This document shows, piece after piece, positions 50,178-60,538 of a stretch of DNA of 64,000 nt. The DNA lies in contig CAVSOU010000010.1 of assembly GCA_963729625.1 (NCBI GenBank), forward strand, positions 416,001 through 480,000. The letters are read 5' to 3'. The notes beneath the pieces were generated by a model. The model saw nothing but the letters and a program-made list of their open reading frames with translations. It did no database searches and was not told where the DNA came from. The position numbers and the translations under genes were made by a program. Each line of letters opens with the position of its first letter. Position 1 is the first letter of the stretch. This DNA comes from an uncultured bacterium (GTDB lineage Bacteria; Chloroflexota; UBA5177; JANWHV01).

Positions 50178-51386
50178 TTATTTCAGCGTCTGCATGCGGT
50201 GGTACTCTTCAAACCAGTCTGTCATCCTGCCGGCAAGGAGCTCCTGCTCGGCGAGGCGGTCGCGCTCAAAGGCGGCCTCGATGCCGTCATGGATCAACCG
50301 TTTCAGGCGGTCGGGATCAGGCACCGCCTCCAAGACGATCGCCCCGGCGCTTCGCCGCTCGAGCACGATAGTGCCAATGTTCAGAAGCCGGCCGCTGACT
50401 GGGGCTGAGCAGGCGATTACATCGCGAACTGAGCGCAGATCGGCTGCTCGGTCACGGCGCATGAGGCCGAGCGGGTTGCGCATACTTACGAGTCGCTCCG
50501 ACGTAAGTACGTACAGCCGGCTGCGCCAGTCCCACCAGAGCCAGAAGAGCGATAGCGCGCAGACCATTGCTGACCCGACGGGAGCGAATCGCGAAAGCTC
50601 GGGTCTCCACACAAGAAGCGCGGCGCACGTCCCGGCGCACAAGACGAGTGACACCACCAGGCCCCTCCCCAGCAAGGCGGGGTGCCTGCGCGAGACGAAT
50701 ACGATTGCCTCATCTGCCGCAGGGCCGAGTCGACGCCGCGCGCGCAGTGTCAGCCGCGTGATTCTCTGGAGCTCAATCGTCGGCGTGCAATGCACACCAC
50801 TTCCGCCACGGAAGATTCTCGTCAGGGCGGCCTGTATCTGATCACCTCCGCTGCCGTGCAGGCGACGGTGATCCTCCTGCGCCTCTAGCACAAGTGACCG
50901 CAGCGTTTCCTCCAGCGCACGCGGCCGGGGTACCATCCTGAGAACGAACAAGCTTCCGCGCCCTTCGATATCCACGACGACATCACCGTAGTCAAGTCCC
51001 CACGTTGATTTGCCTGTCTGCACAGCTTCTCGAGGCCGCGCATTGCGCATATATGCCTCGCGACGGCGCACGGTTGCAATGCCCCGCTGCTCGACAATAC
51101 GCAGATTGGTGAGGACATAGGACGTGCTGGCCCATGGGACAACGTGCCGCAGGAGCCAGCTCAGGAACATGATGCCAACAGCCGAGAGAACCACAAGATC
51201 GAAGATGCTCGAGTACCTGGCGAGGCCTGCGGCGGGCAAGCAAAAATCGGCTACCGCGTACGCCGGAAGAAGCCCCAGCAGCGGCACGAGCCAGAACAGT
51301 GGGCGCACCACCGTCCACCAGTGCCGGCGGATTACCGCGACCCGCCTTTCACCAGGTTGAAGCTTGAGTGACGAGGCACCTGTCAT
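50178..51386 (-). CDS. Membrane protein with two bacterial PH (bPH_2) domains
   Basis: Duplicated RRH-TM-TM-YVLT..R units (YVLTNLRIV...DYGDV; YVLTSERLV...NIGTI). Confidence 0.8.
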   Translation of the reverse strand: MTGASSLKLQPGERRVAVIRRHWWTVVRPLFWLVPLLGLLPAYAVADFCLPAAGLARYSSIFDLVVLSAVGIMFLSWLLRHVVPWASTSYVLTNLRIVEQRGIATVRRREAYMRNARPREAVQTGKSTWGLDYGDVVVDIEGRGSLFVLRMVPRPRALEETLRSLVLEAQEDHRRLHGSGGDQIQAALTRIFRGGSGVHCTPTIELQRITRLTLRARRRLGPAADEAIVFVSRRHPALLGRGLVVSLVLCAGTCAALLVWRPELSRFAPVGSAMVCALSLFWLWWDWRSRLYVLTSERLVSMRNPLGLMRRDRAADLRSVRDVIACSAPVSGRLLNIGTIVLERRSAGAIVLEAVPDPDRLKRLIHDGIEAAFERDRLAEQELLAGRMTDWFEEYHRMQTLK

Positions 51387-51411
51387 GACGTTGCCGCCCG
51401 CCGGGATGCGA

Positions 51412-52677
51412 TCAGCGCCGCCAGAACCTACCCGTCGCGGCCTGGCTCTTCGGCTTAGCCGGTTCTTCAGGCGATTCGGCATCCCCTGCCAGAAAACGGG
51501 CAATGTCGAAAATGTTCTGGCTGATTTGCGCATCGCGCGCACTCAAAACAAATGGTGTCCCACTGTTCGCTGCCGCCGTTGCGCGCTTGCCGTCGCTGAC
51601 AACGCGCCAGCGTAGCTCCTGCTTCAGGAATGCCTCGAGGTCTTTCAAGTGGCCGGGCGGCACGCTGTTCGAACGCATGAGGATGGGAACGATCTTCTCC
51701 ATGTCGTAGTTGAGCAGCCGAACCACGCGCAGGAACGAGTTCAGGTTCTTCATGGCGGGGAGATCGGGGCCGATTGGCACGAGGATCGTGTCGGCTACCT
51801 CCAGAACAGCCAGAACTCGCTCGTCATAGCTGGGCCATGTATCCACAAGCGTGAACAGGAACAACTGCTTGAGGATACCCAGAATGCGTTGCATCTGTTC
51901 GCCTCGGATGCTGTCACCCTCTTCCGGCCGCAGCGGAGCCAACAATACTTGCAGTCCGGTGTGGTGACGAATGAGCGTGTCGACAACCACCTCGGGAGTC
52001 AATTGGTCCCCATCGCCTACCAGCTGCAGGATGGACCGTGTAGGCTGCAGCTCGAGAAACACCTCGTGACTGCCGAAGCTGATGTTCCCGTCGACGAGCG
52101 ACGTCGCATGCCCTGCCAGCTGCAGCGCAAGCGCCAGATTGACCGCCAGCGTCGAGGTGCCCACGCCACCTTTTGGGCTGAAAAGCGCGACTACTTGATG
52201 CGGTCTGTCCGACGCAATAGCTTGAGTCGCCAACGCCGAGGCGAGATGCGAAGTCGGCGCCTTGCCCACCAGGGGACCTGCGAGCGCGCGCAGCTCTTCT
52301 CGCACATCATGTACGGCCTGACGCAGGGCCGCAATCTCGAAGGGATAGCGAAGCACGCGACGAGCCCCCGCGCTCATAGCCTCCGCCAACGCATCAGCCG
52401 TGTAGTTCGACGTATAGCCGATTACGACCGCCGCCGGGTATGAGCCCTGCACCTTGCGCGCATATGCAAGGCGCGAGGACCGATCCGCATCGAGGCCCAC
52501 CAACAGCACGTCTGGGCCAGACCATCCAGGAGGGGTCGCAAGCGGTCGATCGGGAGGCAGAACATGCGGCGTGCAGCCTGCCCCTGCAAGCAACCCCGCT
52601 AGTTGCTGGGCAACGGTCTGGTTTCCCTCGATCACCACGATCTCAAGGTTGTCACCTTCCCGAACCATCTCTGCCAT
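51412..52677 (-). CDS. CpaE/TadZ-like receiver-ATPase (Flp pilus assembly/localisation)
   Basis: Atypical receiver domain; deviant Walker A FSPKGGVGTSTLAVNLA; MinD-like C-terminus. Confidence 0.85.
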   Translation of the reverse strand: MAEMVREGDNLEIVVIEGNQTVAQQLAGLLAGAGCTPHVLPPDRPLATPPGWSGPDVLLVGLDADRSSRLAYARKVQGSYPAAVVIGYTSNYTADALAEAMSAGARRVLRYPFEIAALRQAVHDVREELRALAGPLVGKAPTSHLASALATQAIASDRPHQVVALFSPKGGVGTSTLAVNLALALQLAGHATSLVDGNISFGSHEVFLELQPTRSILQLVGDGDQLTPEVVVDTLIRHHTGLQVLLAPLRPEEGDSIRGEQMQRILGILKQLFLFTLVDTWPSYDERVLAVLEVADTILVPIGPDLPAMKNLNSFLRVVRLLNYDMEKIVPILMRSNSVPPGHLKDLEAFLKQELRWRVVSDGKRATAAANSGTPFVLSARDAQISQNIFDIARFLAGDAESPEEPAKPKSQAATGRFWRR

Positions 52678-52864
52678 TCCCTATTCACTTGCGCTTTGGG
52701 TGCAACCCCTTGGGACACGATATCGCGCGACCCTCGCAGGGCCGTAGTGTTTGGGATCGCAAGTCCGTCGCACGCATCTCTTGCCGGATTGTACCGCACT
52801 CTCGGGACATTCCGATAGTACGATGGTGCGCAAGTGGCGTTCTCACGCCGGGCGTGAATACACC

Positions 52865-54469
52865 CTATGGTTGAGGAAGCAGGAACGCGGAGGAGGCTCC
52901 CAGTCCGGCCGGCAGCTTGACCACGGCGTAATGCTGTCTGAGCCACGGCACGTAAGAGCCACATTCCGGCATGGCCAGCAACGTCCGCGTCAGCAGTATC
53001 GCCTTCACGTGATAGCGGCGCGTGGCTCCCTGCGCGGTCGACGGTGACAGGTAGCCGGAGACGCAGCGAATCGTCGACGTATCGGTCAGCTCGGGAGGCA
53101 CCGTGCGGTGCGCCAGCACGGCTATCACCTGATCGTCCACGACCACGGTATCCTGGGGAGCGGTGTGCGCGTCGAGCCACGCCGCAGCCCGGATTTTTGG
53201 CACCATGTTTGCAGATGCGGAAACCGCGACAAAGACATGTCTTGTGTGGTTCAGGGCGTCCGGCAACCAGTGGAGGTAGGCAAGCGCCATGCATGCAACC
53301 ACCATGGTAACGAGTGCCTTTCGAGCGCTGCCCAAACCGCGCAGTGGAATGAAGCCGAGGGTAAGGCCGGCCAAAGCCGCCATCGGCGCCAGGAGAACCG
53401 TGAGGTGATGCACAAATAGAGGTTGGTAATCGACCATTGTCGCCAGATCGGCGGCCAGCCACGCAACAGGGATAAGCGCGAGCCGAATACGCAGGAGCGC
53501 GGCAATCGCGATACCGGCGATACCAAGCGCCACGAGGCCGCGATCCCAACCCAGGAACTGTCCGAACACATCTGCGTTGCCACCGGTAGTCTTTGCCACC
53601 TGGGAGGCCTTGAGATGAAAGCTGATCACCTGGCTCCACTGATCGCCCGACGCAACGAGCGCGAAGGCCAGCACCACAGGCGCTAGACCGCACGCAAGCG
53701 AGACGGCAACATCGCCAAGAATTCGGCGATCCAGCCTATGGCGGTCGAGATCCCACCACTTCAGCGCCAGAGCAACCAGCACCGGCAGCACCAGTGCGAC
53801 GGCAAGCAGCTTCGAGAGCGCGGCTGCCGCAACCAGTGCCGAGGCCAGGGCGATCCAGCCCCGGCGGCCGGATCGCGCATACCGTGCGGCAGCGGCGACG
53901 GCGAGGCTGCCGTACGCCAGCATCGGCGCCTCCGCCTCAATCGCATGCGAAGCGATGACGAAACCCGGAGAAGCCGCGAGCACCACGCAAGCGAGAAGGG
54001 CGCTCCAGCCGCCAGATATCTCCCACGACAACCAAATGACGCCGGCCAATGCCAGTAGGCCGCAGATGAGGGGATACACATAGCCGGCATCAGCTCCTTG
54101 CATGCGCATGGTCAGGGCCAGGCCTTCTAGGAAGAGCAGCGGTTGAGAACTGAACACCTGCGAGAAGACGTGGTAGCCCGCGTTGAGCTGCCAGGCAGAC
54201 TCTATGTAGACTCCCTCGTCGTAGTCGCTCCAGAGCTTCCCGCCCCACGGGGCATAGGTGAAACCGTGCAGATGCCGTGCTTCAAACACGAAGAACACTG
54301 CAAGTGTGGCAAGAAGAAGGACCACAATCAGAGCGCCATCGATCGTCAGACGCCGGGTTCGGCGGCGTGCCGCCAGCGCCCTGAATGCCGCGGTCCGTTC
54401 AGTAGCACCCGCGTCGCCAGTGCCGGCGGTCTGCGCCGCGGCTCCCGGCGGCGGTCCTAACGCGCTCAC
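52865..54469 (-). CDS. GT-C (ArnT/PMT, GT39/83-like) membrane glycosyltransferase
   Basis: DYDEGVY...SQPLL and many TMs. Confidence 0.85.
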   Translation of the reverse strand: MSALGPPPGAAAQTAGTGDAGATERTAAFRALAARRRTRRLTIDGALIVVLLLATLAVFFVFEARHLHGFTYAPWGGKLWSDYDEGVYIESAWQLNAGYHVFSQVFSSQPLLFLEGLALTMRMQGADAGYVYPLICGLLALAGVIWLSWEISGGWSALLACVVLAASPGFVIASHAIEAEAPMLAYGSLAVAAAARYARSGRRGWIALASALVAAAALSKLLAVALVLPVLVALALKWWDLDRHRLDRRILGDVAVSLACGLAPVVLAFALVASGDQWSQVISFHLKASQVAKTTGGNADVFGQFLGWDRGLVALGIAGIAIAALLRIRLALIPVAWLAADLATMVDYQPLFVHHLTVLLAPMAALAGLTLGFIPLRGLGSARKALVTMVVACMALAYLHWLPDALNHTRHVFVAVSASANMVPKIRAAAWLDAHTAPQDTVVVDDQVIAVLAHRTVPPELTDTSTIRCVSGYLSPSTAQGATRRYHVKAILLTRTLLAMPECGSYVPWLRQHYAVVKLPAGLGASSAFLLPQP

Positions 54470-54472
54470 CCG

Positions 54473-57397
54473 CTAGCCCGCTACCCGTTGGGTGATCGGT
54501 TGAAGCGCATACCAGTCACGACCCCATTCAAGGTCCACCTTCACCGGCACCATGAGCGGCATGGCAGTCTCCATTGTCTCGCGTACCAGGGCAGCGGTCT
54601 CTTCGAGTTCTGTCTCGGGCACGCGCAACAGGAGCTCATCATGTACTTGCAGAATCATCCGTCCCCGCAGGCCGTGTGCCTCCAATCGATCGTGCAGGCG
54701 GATCATCGCGATCTTGATCATGTCCGCTGCAGTGCCCTGAACCGGCATGTTGATCGCCTGGCGCAAGGCCTCTTCCCGCAACGACCGGAGCGGCGACTGC
54801 GCTTCCGGAAGATAGCGCCGCCGGTTAAGCAGCGTGCTGACGTATCCGCGTTCCTGCACTTCCTCTTTCACGCGTTCCATGTAGGCGTGCAGCCCGGAGT
54901 ACGTGTCGTTATAGTTCTCGATGAACTCACGCGCCTCCTGCTGGCTCACGCCGGCGCGGGCGGCGAGCCCAAACGCGCTGAGCCCATAGATGATGCCGAA
55001 GTTGACTGTCTTGGCGAGCCGGCGCATGTCGTACGTCACCTGGTCAGGAGGCACGCCAAACACCAGCGAAGCCGTGTTTGCATGCACGTCGATGCCCTGG
55101 TCGAACGCTTCAATCAACCTGGCATCGCGCGAGAGGTGTGCGGCGATGCGAAGCTCGATCTGCGAGTAGTCCGCGGCAAGAAGAATCGACCCCGGATCGC
55201 GGACCACGAACGCACGGCGCACCTTCTGGCCGATCTCTGTGCGAATCGGGATATTCTGCAGATTGGGTTCGGAGGACGACAGCCTGCCCGTCGCGGCGAT
55301 CGTCTGGTTGAAGCTGGTATGCACGCGCCCCGTAAGCGGGTTGATCAGCGCCGGAAGTCCTTCAACATAGGTCGACCGCAGTTTTGTTAACTGGCGATAT
55401 TCCAGGATAAGGTCGACTACAGGATCCTTGCCGCGGAGCCGCTCGAGCACATCGGCGTCAGTCGAGTAGCCGGTAGCGGTTCGCCTGCCCGGAGCCAGCC
55501 CTCGCTCGCGGAACAGCACTGCCTCGAGCTGCTTCGGGGAGTTAATATTGAACGGTCGCCCGACCAACGCGTAGATCTGCTGCTCAATCTGGCCAAACTG
55601 CTCCTGCAGCTCGAGCGACATGGTACGCAGGAACTCGACGTCGAGGTCTACGCCTTCCGCCTCCATGGCCGCGAGTACCGGTACAAGCGGCATCTCGACA
55701 TCGCGAAACAGGTCAATCAGCCCCATCTGTTCAAGTTCCGGCGCAAGCGCGTGCCGCAGGCGAAGCGTAAGGTCAGCGTCCGCCGCCGCGTACGCGGCGG
55801 CGGCAAGGATCGGCACCTGAGCCATTGAGCGCTGGTCCTTGCCGGTACCGATCAAATCGGAAATCGGAGTCATCTGTATGCCGAAACGCACGGCAGCCTG
55901 ATCCTTCAATCCGAGTCCGCGCTGGGCCGGGCTGAGCAAGTAGGCGGCGATCATGGTGTCGAACGCGATGCCGCGCATTTTGGCGCCGTGCGTCATAAGA
56001 ACCGTCATGTCGTACTTGATGTTGTGGCCAATTTTGGCAGCTCCGGCATCTTCAAACCACGGGCGAAGACCTTCGAGCACCCGCTCCATGGGCAACTGCG
56101 CGCCTTCAAGATGGCCAACTGGGATGTAGTACCCAATGCCCTCATCGCATGCCAGCGCGATACCGACCAGCGCTGCCTGCATCGGATCCTTTCCGGTTGT
56201 TTCCAGATCGATAACCCAGTCGGGGCGCACGCGCATTCTCTCGATCAGCGCTGCGAATGCCTCCTCGGTATCGATGACAAACGACTCCGTCGGCGCCAGC
56301 GACTGGGGTATGTGCACGTCCACTGGTTCGACGACAGGCGGAGGCACGTCGAGCAATTCGAGCGCTGGCAGCGCCACGCCTTGAACTGACTTGTCTGTAA
56401 GCGGAGACATTGGCTCCCCCCGCGCATCACTGGTGGCGGCGTCCAGCCCGGCAAAGAGCCCGACATTCAGGGGCTCCGGCCGGCCACGCAGGGGAGCAGC
56501 GAACGTGGGTTTCTCAGGTCCTCCGGGCAGGCGGTCGATCAGGCTGAAGAACTCAAGCTCGGTAAACAGCTTGAACACGCAGTCATGATCATATGAGTCG
56601 CGAGTCGCGCGCTCCAACTCAAGTGCAACTGGCACGTCCGTGACAATCGTCGCGAGAAACTTGCTGGCAATTGCGTGTTCGCGTCTGTCAGCCAGGAGGC
56701 GCCGCGTGCGCTCCGGGAGCTCCTCGACGTGGTCGAACAAGTTCTCAATGGTGCGATATTCACTCAGAAGCTTGGATGCGGTCTTGGCGCCGATTCCCGG
56801 CACGCCCGGTATGTTATCGGAAGTGTCGCCAACCAGGGCCTTGTAGTCCGGGATCAGTTCGGGCGGAAGACCGAAGCGCGCCTCGACGGCCGCCGCATCA
56901 TACAGGCTCACCATCGTGGGACCGCGTCCGGGTGTAAGGACCTTCACGTGGGGACCGACGAGCTGCAACGTATCCAGATCGCCGGAGAGTATTAGCGCGT
57001 CCACTCCGGCGGAAGCGGCCTGTCGGGACAGAGTCCCCAGTATGTCGTCGGCCTCGAAACCAGGCATCTCATAGGTCGGGAATCCGAATGCCGTGACCAG
57101 CTCGCGGATACGCCCGACTTGGAGCACGAGCGAATCCGGCATAGGCGGCCGATGACCCTTATAACCGGCAAACCTGTCATGCCGAAACGTTGGCATGGAA
57201 AGGTCGAAAGCCACGGCTCCGTGAGATGGGGCCTCGGTCTGCAGCGTCTTGAGAAGAATACTTGCGAAGCCAAACGTAGCATTAGTCGGCTCGCCGTGCG
57301 ACGTGCTCATACTGGAGTCGGCAGTGGCGTGAAACGCCCGGTAGAGGAGGGCATGCCCGTCGATCAGAAGCAGCTTAGCCACGCCCATCGCTCCCAT
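54473..57397 (-). CDS. polA: DNA polymerase I
   Basis: LIDGH..YRAF, EADD, DNIPGVPGIG, DLETTG, GRLSSSEPNLQN, ADYSQIELR, QVHDEL; start may be 57388. Confidence 0.98.
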   Translation of the reverse strand: MGAMGVAKLLLIDGHALLYRAFHATADSSMSTSHGEPTNATFGFASILLKTLQTEAPSHGAVAFDLSMPTFRHDRFAGYKGHRPPMPDSLVLQVGRIRELVTAFGFPTYEMPGFEADDILGTLSRQAASAGVDALILSGDLDTLQLVGPHVKVLTPGRGPTMVSLYDAAAVEARFGLPPELIPDYKALVGDTSDNIPGVPGIGAKTASKLLSEYRTIENLFDHVEELPERTRRLLADRREHAIASKFLATIVTDVPVALELERATRDSYDHDCVFKLFTELEFFSLIDRLPGGPEKPTFAAPLRGRPEPLNVGLFAGLDAATSDARGEPMSPLTDKSVQGVALPALELLDVPPPVVEPVDVHIPQSLAPTESFVIDTEEAFAALIERMRVRPDWVIDLETTGKDPMQAALVGIALACDEGIGYYIPVGHLEGAQLPMERVLEGLRPWFEDAGAAKIGHNIKYDMTVLMTHGAKMRGIAFDTMIAAYLLSPAQRGLGLKDQAAVRFGIQMTPISDLIGTGKDQRSMAQVPILAAAAYAAADADLTLRLRHALAPELEQMGLIDLFRDVEMPLVPVLAAMEAEGVDLDVEFLRTMSLELQEQFGQIEQQIYALVGRPFNINSPKQLEAVLFRERGLAPGRRTATGYSTDADVLERLRGKDPVVDLILEYRQLTKLRSTYVEGLPALINPLTGRVHTSFNQTIAATGRLSSSEPNLQNIPIRTEIGQKVRRAFVVRDPGSILLAADYSQIELRIAAHLSRDARLIEAFDQGIDVHANTASLVFGVPPDQVTYDMRRLAKTVNFGIIYGLSAFGLAARAGVSQQEAREFIENYNDTYSGLHAYMERVKEEVQERGYVSTLLNRRRYLPEAQSPLRSLREEALRQAINMPVQGTAADMIKIAMIRLHDRLEAHGLRGRMILQVHDELLLRVPETELEETAALVRETMETAMPLMVPVKVDLEWGRDWYALQPITQRVAG

Positions 57398-57462
57398 GCC
57401 TTGCCCGTGTCACACGGCACTATGGACTATTGTACGATATCGGCGAGCATAGACGCCCCGGT

Positions 57463-58776
57463 CTACTGGCTCCGCGCGACAAGTTCCACCGCTGCCGAGA
57501 AGATGTCGATGCCCTCTTCCAGCTCCCACTGGCTGACATTGAGCGGTGGCATGAAGCGAATGCACTGGTCGTGCGGACCACAGGTCAGCAGCAACATGTG
57601 CCGATCCAGGGCGGCCTGGCGCACTGCCTCCGCGAGTCGCCCGCTTGGGGAGCCGTCAGGCTCGACGAACTCGGTCGCGAGCATCAAACCAAGGCCCCTC
57701 ACATCGCCAATGATCGGATAGCGGTCTTTGAGAGCCTGCAGTCTCGCGCGAAAGCAGTCGCCCATGCGCGCGGCGTTTTCCACCATACCCTCCTCGCGGA
57801 TGACGTCGATTGTGGCGCAGGCTGCGGCGCAGGAGACGGGGTTACCTCCGAAGGTGCTCCCATGGGCTCCCGTGCTCCAAAGGTCCATAATGTCGCGCGT
57901 GCTGGTCACGGCGCTGAGCGGGAATCCGGATGCAATGCCCTTAGCCATCACCTGTATGTCGGGGATCACCGCGTGATGGTCGCTCGCCCACCATCTTCCG
58001 GTCCGGCCGAAGCCGGACTGGACCTCATCGAATACGAGCAGCATGCCGTGACGGGTGCACAGATCGCGCAACTCGCGAAGAAACCCTGTCGGCGCCGGCA
58101 GGTAGCCACCTTCACCTTGCACGGGCTCGATGATCACCGCCGCTACGCTCGCGGGGTCGACCACCTGTTCAAGCATCCGCTCGAGAAACTGCATACAGCC
58201 CTGACAGCATGCCTTGGGCTCATGACCGAGCGGGCAGCGGAACGTATTCGGAAACGGCGCGAAGTACGTCGAAGGCACGAAGGCCTCGTATCCTTTGCGG
58301 TAGTGCACCTTCGAGCTCGTAACGCTGATTGCCCCGAGCGTTCGCCCGTGGAAGCCGCCCTGGAACGCGACGACAGCTGGGCGCTTGGTCGCGAACTTAG
58401 CCAGCTTCAGCGCTGCCTCCACCGCTTCGGACCCGCTGTTACCAAAGAATGTCACATCCAGGCCGCTTGGAGTGATCTCGGCGAGCTTCGCGGCAAGCTC
58501 GATATTCGGGCCGTAGCGCACGGCGCTGGCGGACGGATGAACGATACGATCGATCTGCGCCTTCGCCGCTGCAAGCACCTTGGGGTGCGAATGCCCGGTA
58601 TTAACCGAGGCAATGCCCATGACGAAATCCAGATAGCGGTCGCCTCCGGGGGAGTACACGAAGCTACCGCTGCCGCGCTCGACGAATACATCAGTCGTGC
58701 GGTGCACAACTCTTGCCAGATGCTGATCCTCGAGCTCGCGGAGGCGCGCGATCCCATCCAGTTGCTCGCCGATCAT
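57463..58776 (-). CDS. Class III PLP aminotransferase (4-aminobutyrate aminotransferase-like)
   Basis: NSGSEAVE, FHGRT, EPVQGEGG, DEVQSGFGRTG, AKGIASG, TFGGNP. Confidence 0.92.
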   Translation of the reverse strand: MIGEQLDGIARLRELEDQHLARVVHRTTDVFVERGSGSFVYSPGGDRYLDFVMGIASVNTGHSHPKVLAAAKAQIDRIVHPSASAVRYGPNIELAAKLAEITPSGLDVTFFGNSGSEAVEAALKLAKFATKRPAVVAFQGGFHGRTLGAISVTSSKVHYRKGYEAFVPSTYFAPFPNTFRCPLGHEPKACCQGCMQFLERMLEQVVDPASVAAVIIEPVQGEGGYLPAPTGFLRELRDLCTRHGMLLVFDEVQSGFGRTGRWWASDHHAVIPDIQVMAKGIASGFPLSAVTSTRDIMDLWSTGAHGSTFGGNPVSCAAACATIDVIREEGMVENAARMGDCFRARLQALKDRYPIIGDVRGLGLMLATEFVEPDGSPSGRLAEAVRQAALDRHMLLLTCGPHDQCIRFMPPLNVSQWELEEGIDIFSAAVELVARSQ

Positions 58777-58961
58777 GGCCAGGCCCCTTCCCAGGCGGCG
58801 CTTATGTCAAAGATATTCAACCGTTCTGCCTCGCGCCGCGGAGCATGGACGGGCGGCAGCCGGCGATGCAATTGGAAGAATGTCGGGGTGCGCCGCCCCA
58901 CACTGCCAGTGTAGCCGTGGCCGCCACCGCGCTGCAACAGAAAGAGAGCGGGAATCCGCAC

Positions 58962-58970
58962 TGGTATAAT
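58962..58970 (+). promoter_or_regulatory. Extended -10 promoter upstream of icd
   Basis: TG-G-TATAAT consensus. Confidence 0.6.
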
Positions 58971-59067
58971 CTGTTTCGGAGGCGGCCGGCGCCTGCCTCC
59001 GGCGCGCTGCGGCCGGCGTGGTCCAGGCGCGAGCGCACCTGTTACGCATGAAAGTCGAGGAAAAGCC

Positions 59068-60312
59068 TTGGCGAATTGGAAGCATATCGCCGTGCCGAGA
59101 ACCGGGGATCGCATTACGTTCGAGAACGGCATGCCGCAGGTGAGCGACGTGCCTATCGTGCCGTTCCTTCGAGGCGATGGTATAGGGCCCGATATTTGGG
59201 CCGCCAGCCAGCCCGTGCTTGACGCTGCCGCCGGTCTTACGTCGGACGGACGGCGCCGTATTTCCTGGATGGAAGCTTTCGCCGGCGACCGCGCCATGGA
59301 CCTGTATGGCGAGTACCTGCCTGGCGAGACGATCGAGGCGCTGCGGGAGTACGCGGTAGCAATCAAGGGCCCGCTCACGACACCGGTTGGCGGAGGCATT
59401 CGCAGCCTGAACGTGACTCTTCGGCTTATCTTCGACCTCTATGCGTGTATCCGTCCAGTTCGCTACTTTGACGGCGTCCCCAGCCCGGTCAAGGAGCCCA
59501 GCAAGTTGGACGTCGTCATATTCCGCGAGAACACGGAGGACGTGTACTCCGGCATCGAGTTTGCCAGTGGCTCGCCGGAGGCGGCCAAGCTCATCGCTTT
59601 CCTGCGGGACGAACTGGGCAAGACCGTTAGGCTGGATTCTGGCATCGGCATCAAGCCCATGAGCAAGTTCGGCACCGAGCGTCTGGTCAGGCGTGCCATA
59701 CAGTACGCGATCGACCACCATCGCTCGAGTGTGACCATCGTTCATAAGGGCAACATCCAGAAATTCACTGAAGGCGCATTCCGCGACTGGGCATACGGCC
59801 TGGCGGCCCGCGAGTTCGCCGGGCGCACGGTGCGCGAGGACGAGATAGGTGCCGATGGTCCTGGAAACAGAGTGATCGTGAAAGATCGCATCGCGGATGC
59901 CATGTTTCAACAGGTGTTGCTCCGTCCCAGTGAGTATTCGGTGCTTTCCATGCCGAACCTGAACGGCGACTACTTTTCCGACGCGTGCGCGGCGCAGACT
60001 GGTGGGCTTGGGATGGCGCCAGGGGCGAACATCGGCGACAACGCAGCCATCTTCGAAGCAACGCATGGAACGGCGCCCAAGTACGCCGGCAAGGACCTGG
60101 TGAATCCAGGCTCAGTCATCCTTTCGGGAGCCATGTTGTTCGAGTACTTCGGCTGGCAGGATGCCGCGGACTTGATCTACGAAGGCGTGAAGCGGACAAT
60201 CGCGGCCAAGACCGTCACGTATGATCTGGAGCGCCAGATGCCCGGCGCCACCAAGGTGTCGTGCTCGGAGTTCGGCCGCGAGATCGTGAAGCACATGCGT
60301 GCTGCGGCCTAG
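59068..60312 (+). CDS. icd: NADP-dependent isocitrate dehydrogenase
   Basis: [61 protein letters not shown]. Confidence 0.97.
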   Translation: MANWKHIAVPRTGDRITFENGMPQVSDVPIVPFLRGDGIGPDIWAASQPVLDAAAGLTSDGRRRISWMEAFAGDRAMDLYGEYLPGETIEALREYAVAIKGPLTTPVGGGIRSLNVTLRLIFDLYACIRPVRYFDGVPSPVKEPSKLDVVIFRENTEDVYSGIEFASGSPEAAKLIAFLRDELGKTVRLDSGIGIKPMSKFGTERLVRRAIQYAIDHHRSSVTIVHKGNIQKFTEGAFRDWAYGLAAREFAGRTVREDEIGADGPGNRVIVKDRIADAMFQQVLLRPSEYSVLSMPNLNGDYFSDACAAQTGGLGMAPGANIGDNAAIFEATHGTAPKYAGKDLVNPGSVILSGAMLFEYFGWQDAADLIYEGVKRTIAAKTVTYDLERQMPGATKVSCSEFGREIVKHMRAAA

Positions 60313-60538
60313 AGGCGCAAGCCGGTATGTTTGATGAGAACCAGAAACGAAGTTGTCAACCGCACCTCTGGTCGCCCTTGACGGCAGCCCGCTAAGGGCC
60401 TACACCAAAGCAGACGAACTTCGATTCACGCTCCGCGGTCGCCCGCGCGCGACTCGAAGTCCAGGCTAGACTGTGACGCTATATAGTTGAGGCGGACGCT
60501 GGATCAGCGTCGCTCGCGACCAGGAGGGCAGCCACGAT

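Noticed and set aside
56240-56530. Long insert in PolA between the nuclease domains, possible intein
   Set aside because: Pro/Ala-rich linker with no intein terminal or endonuclease motifs.
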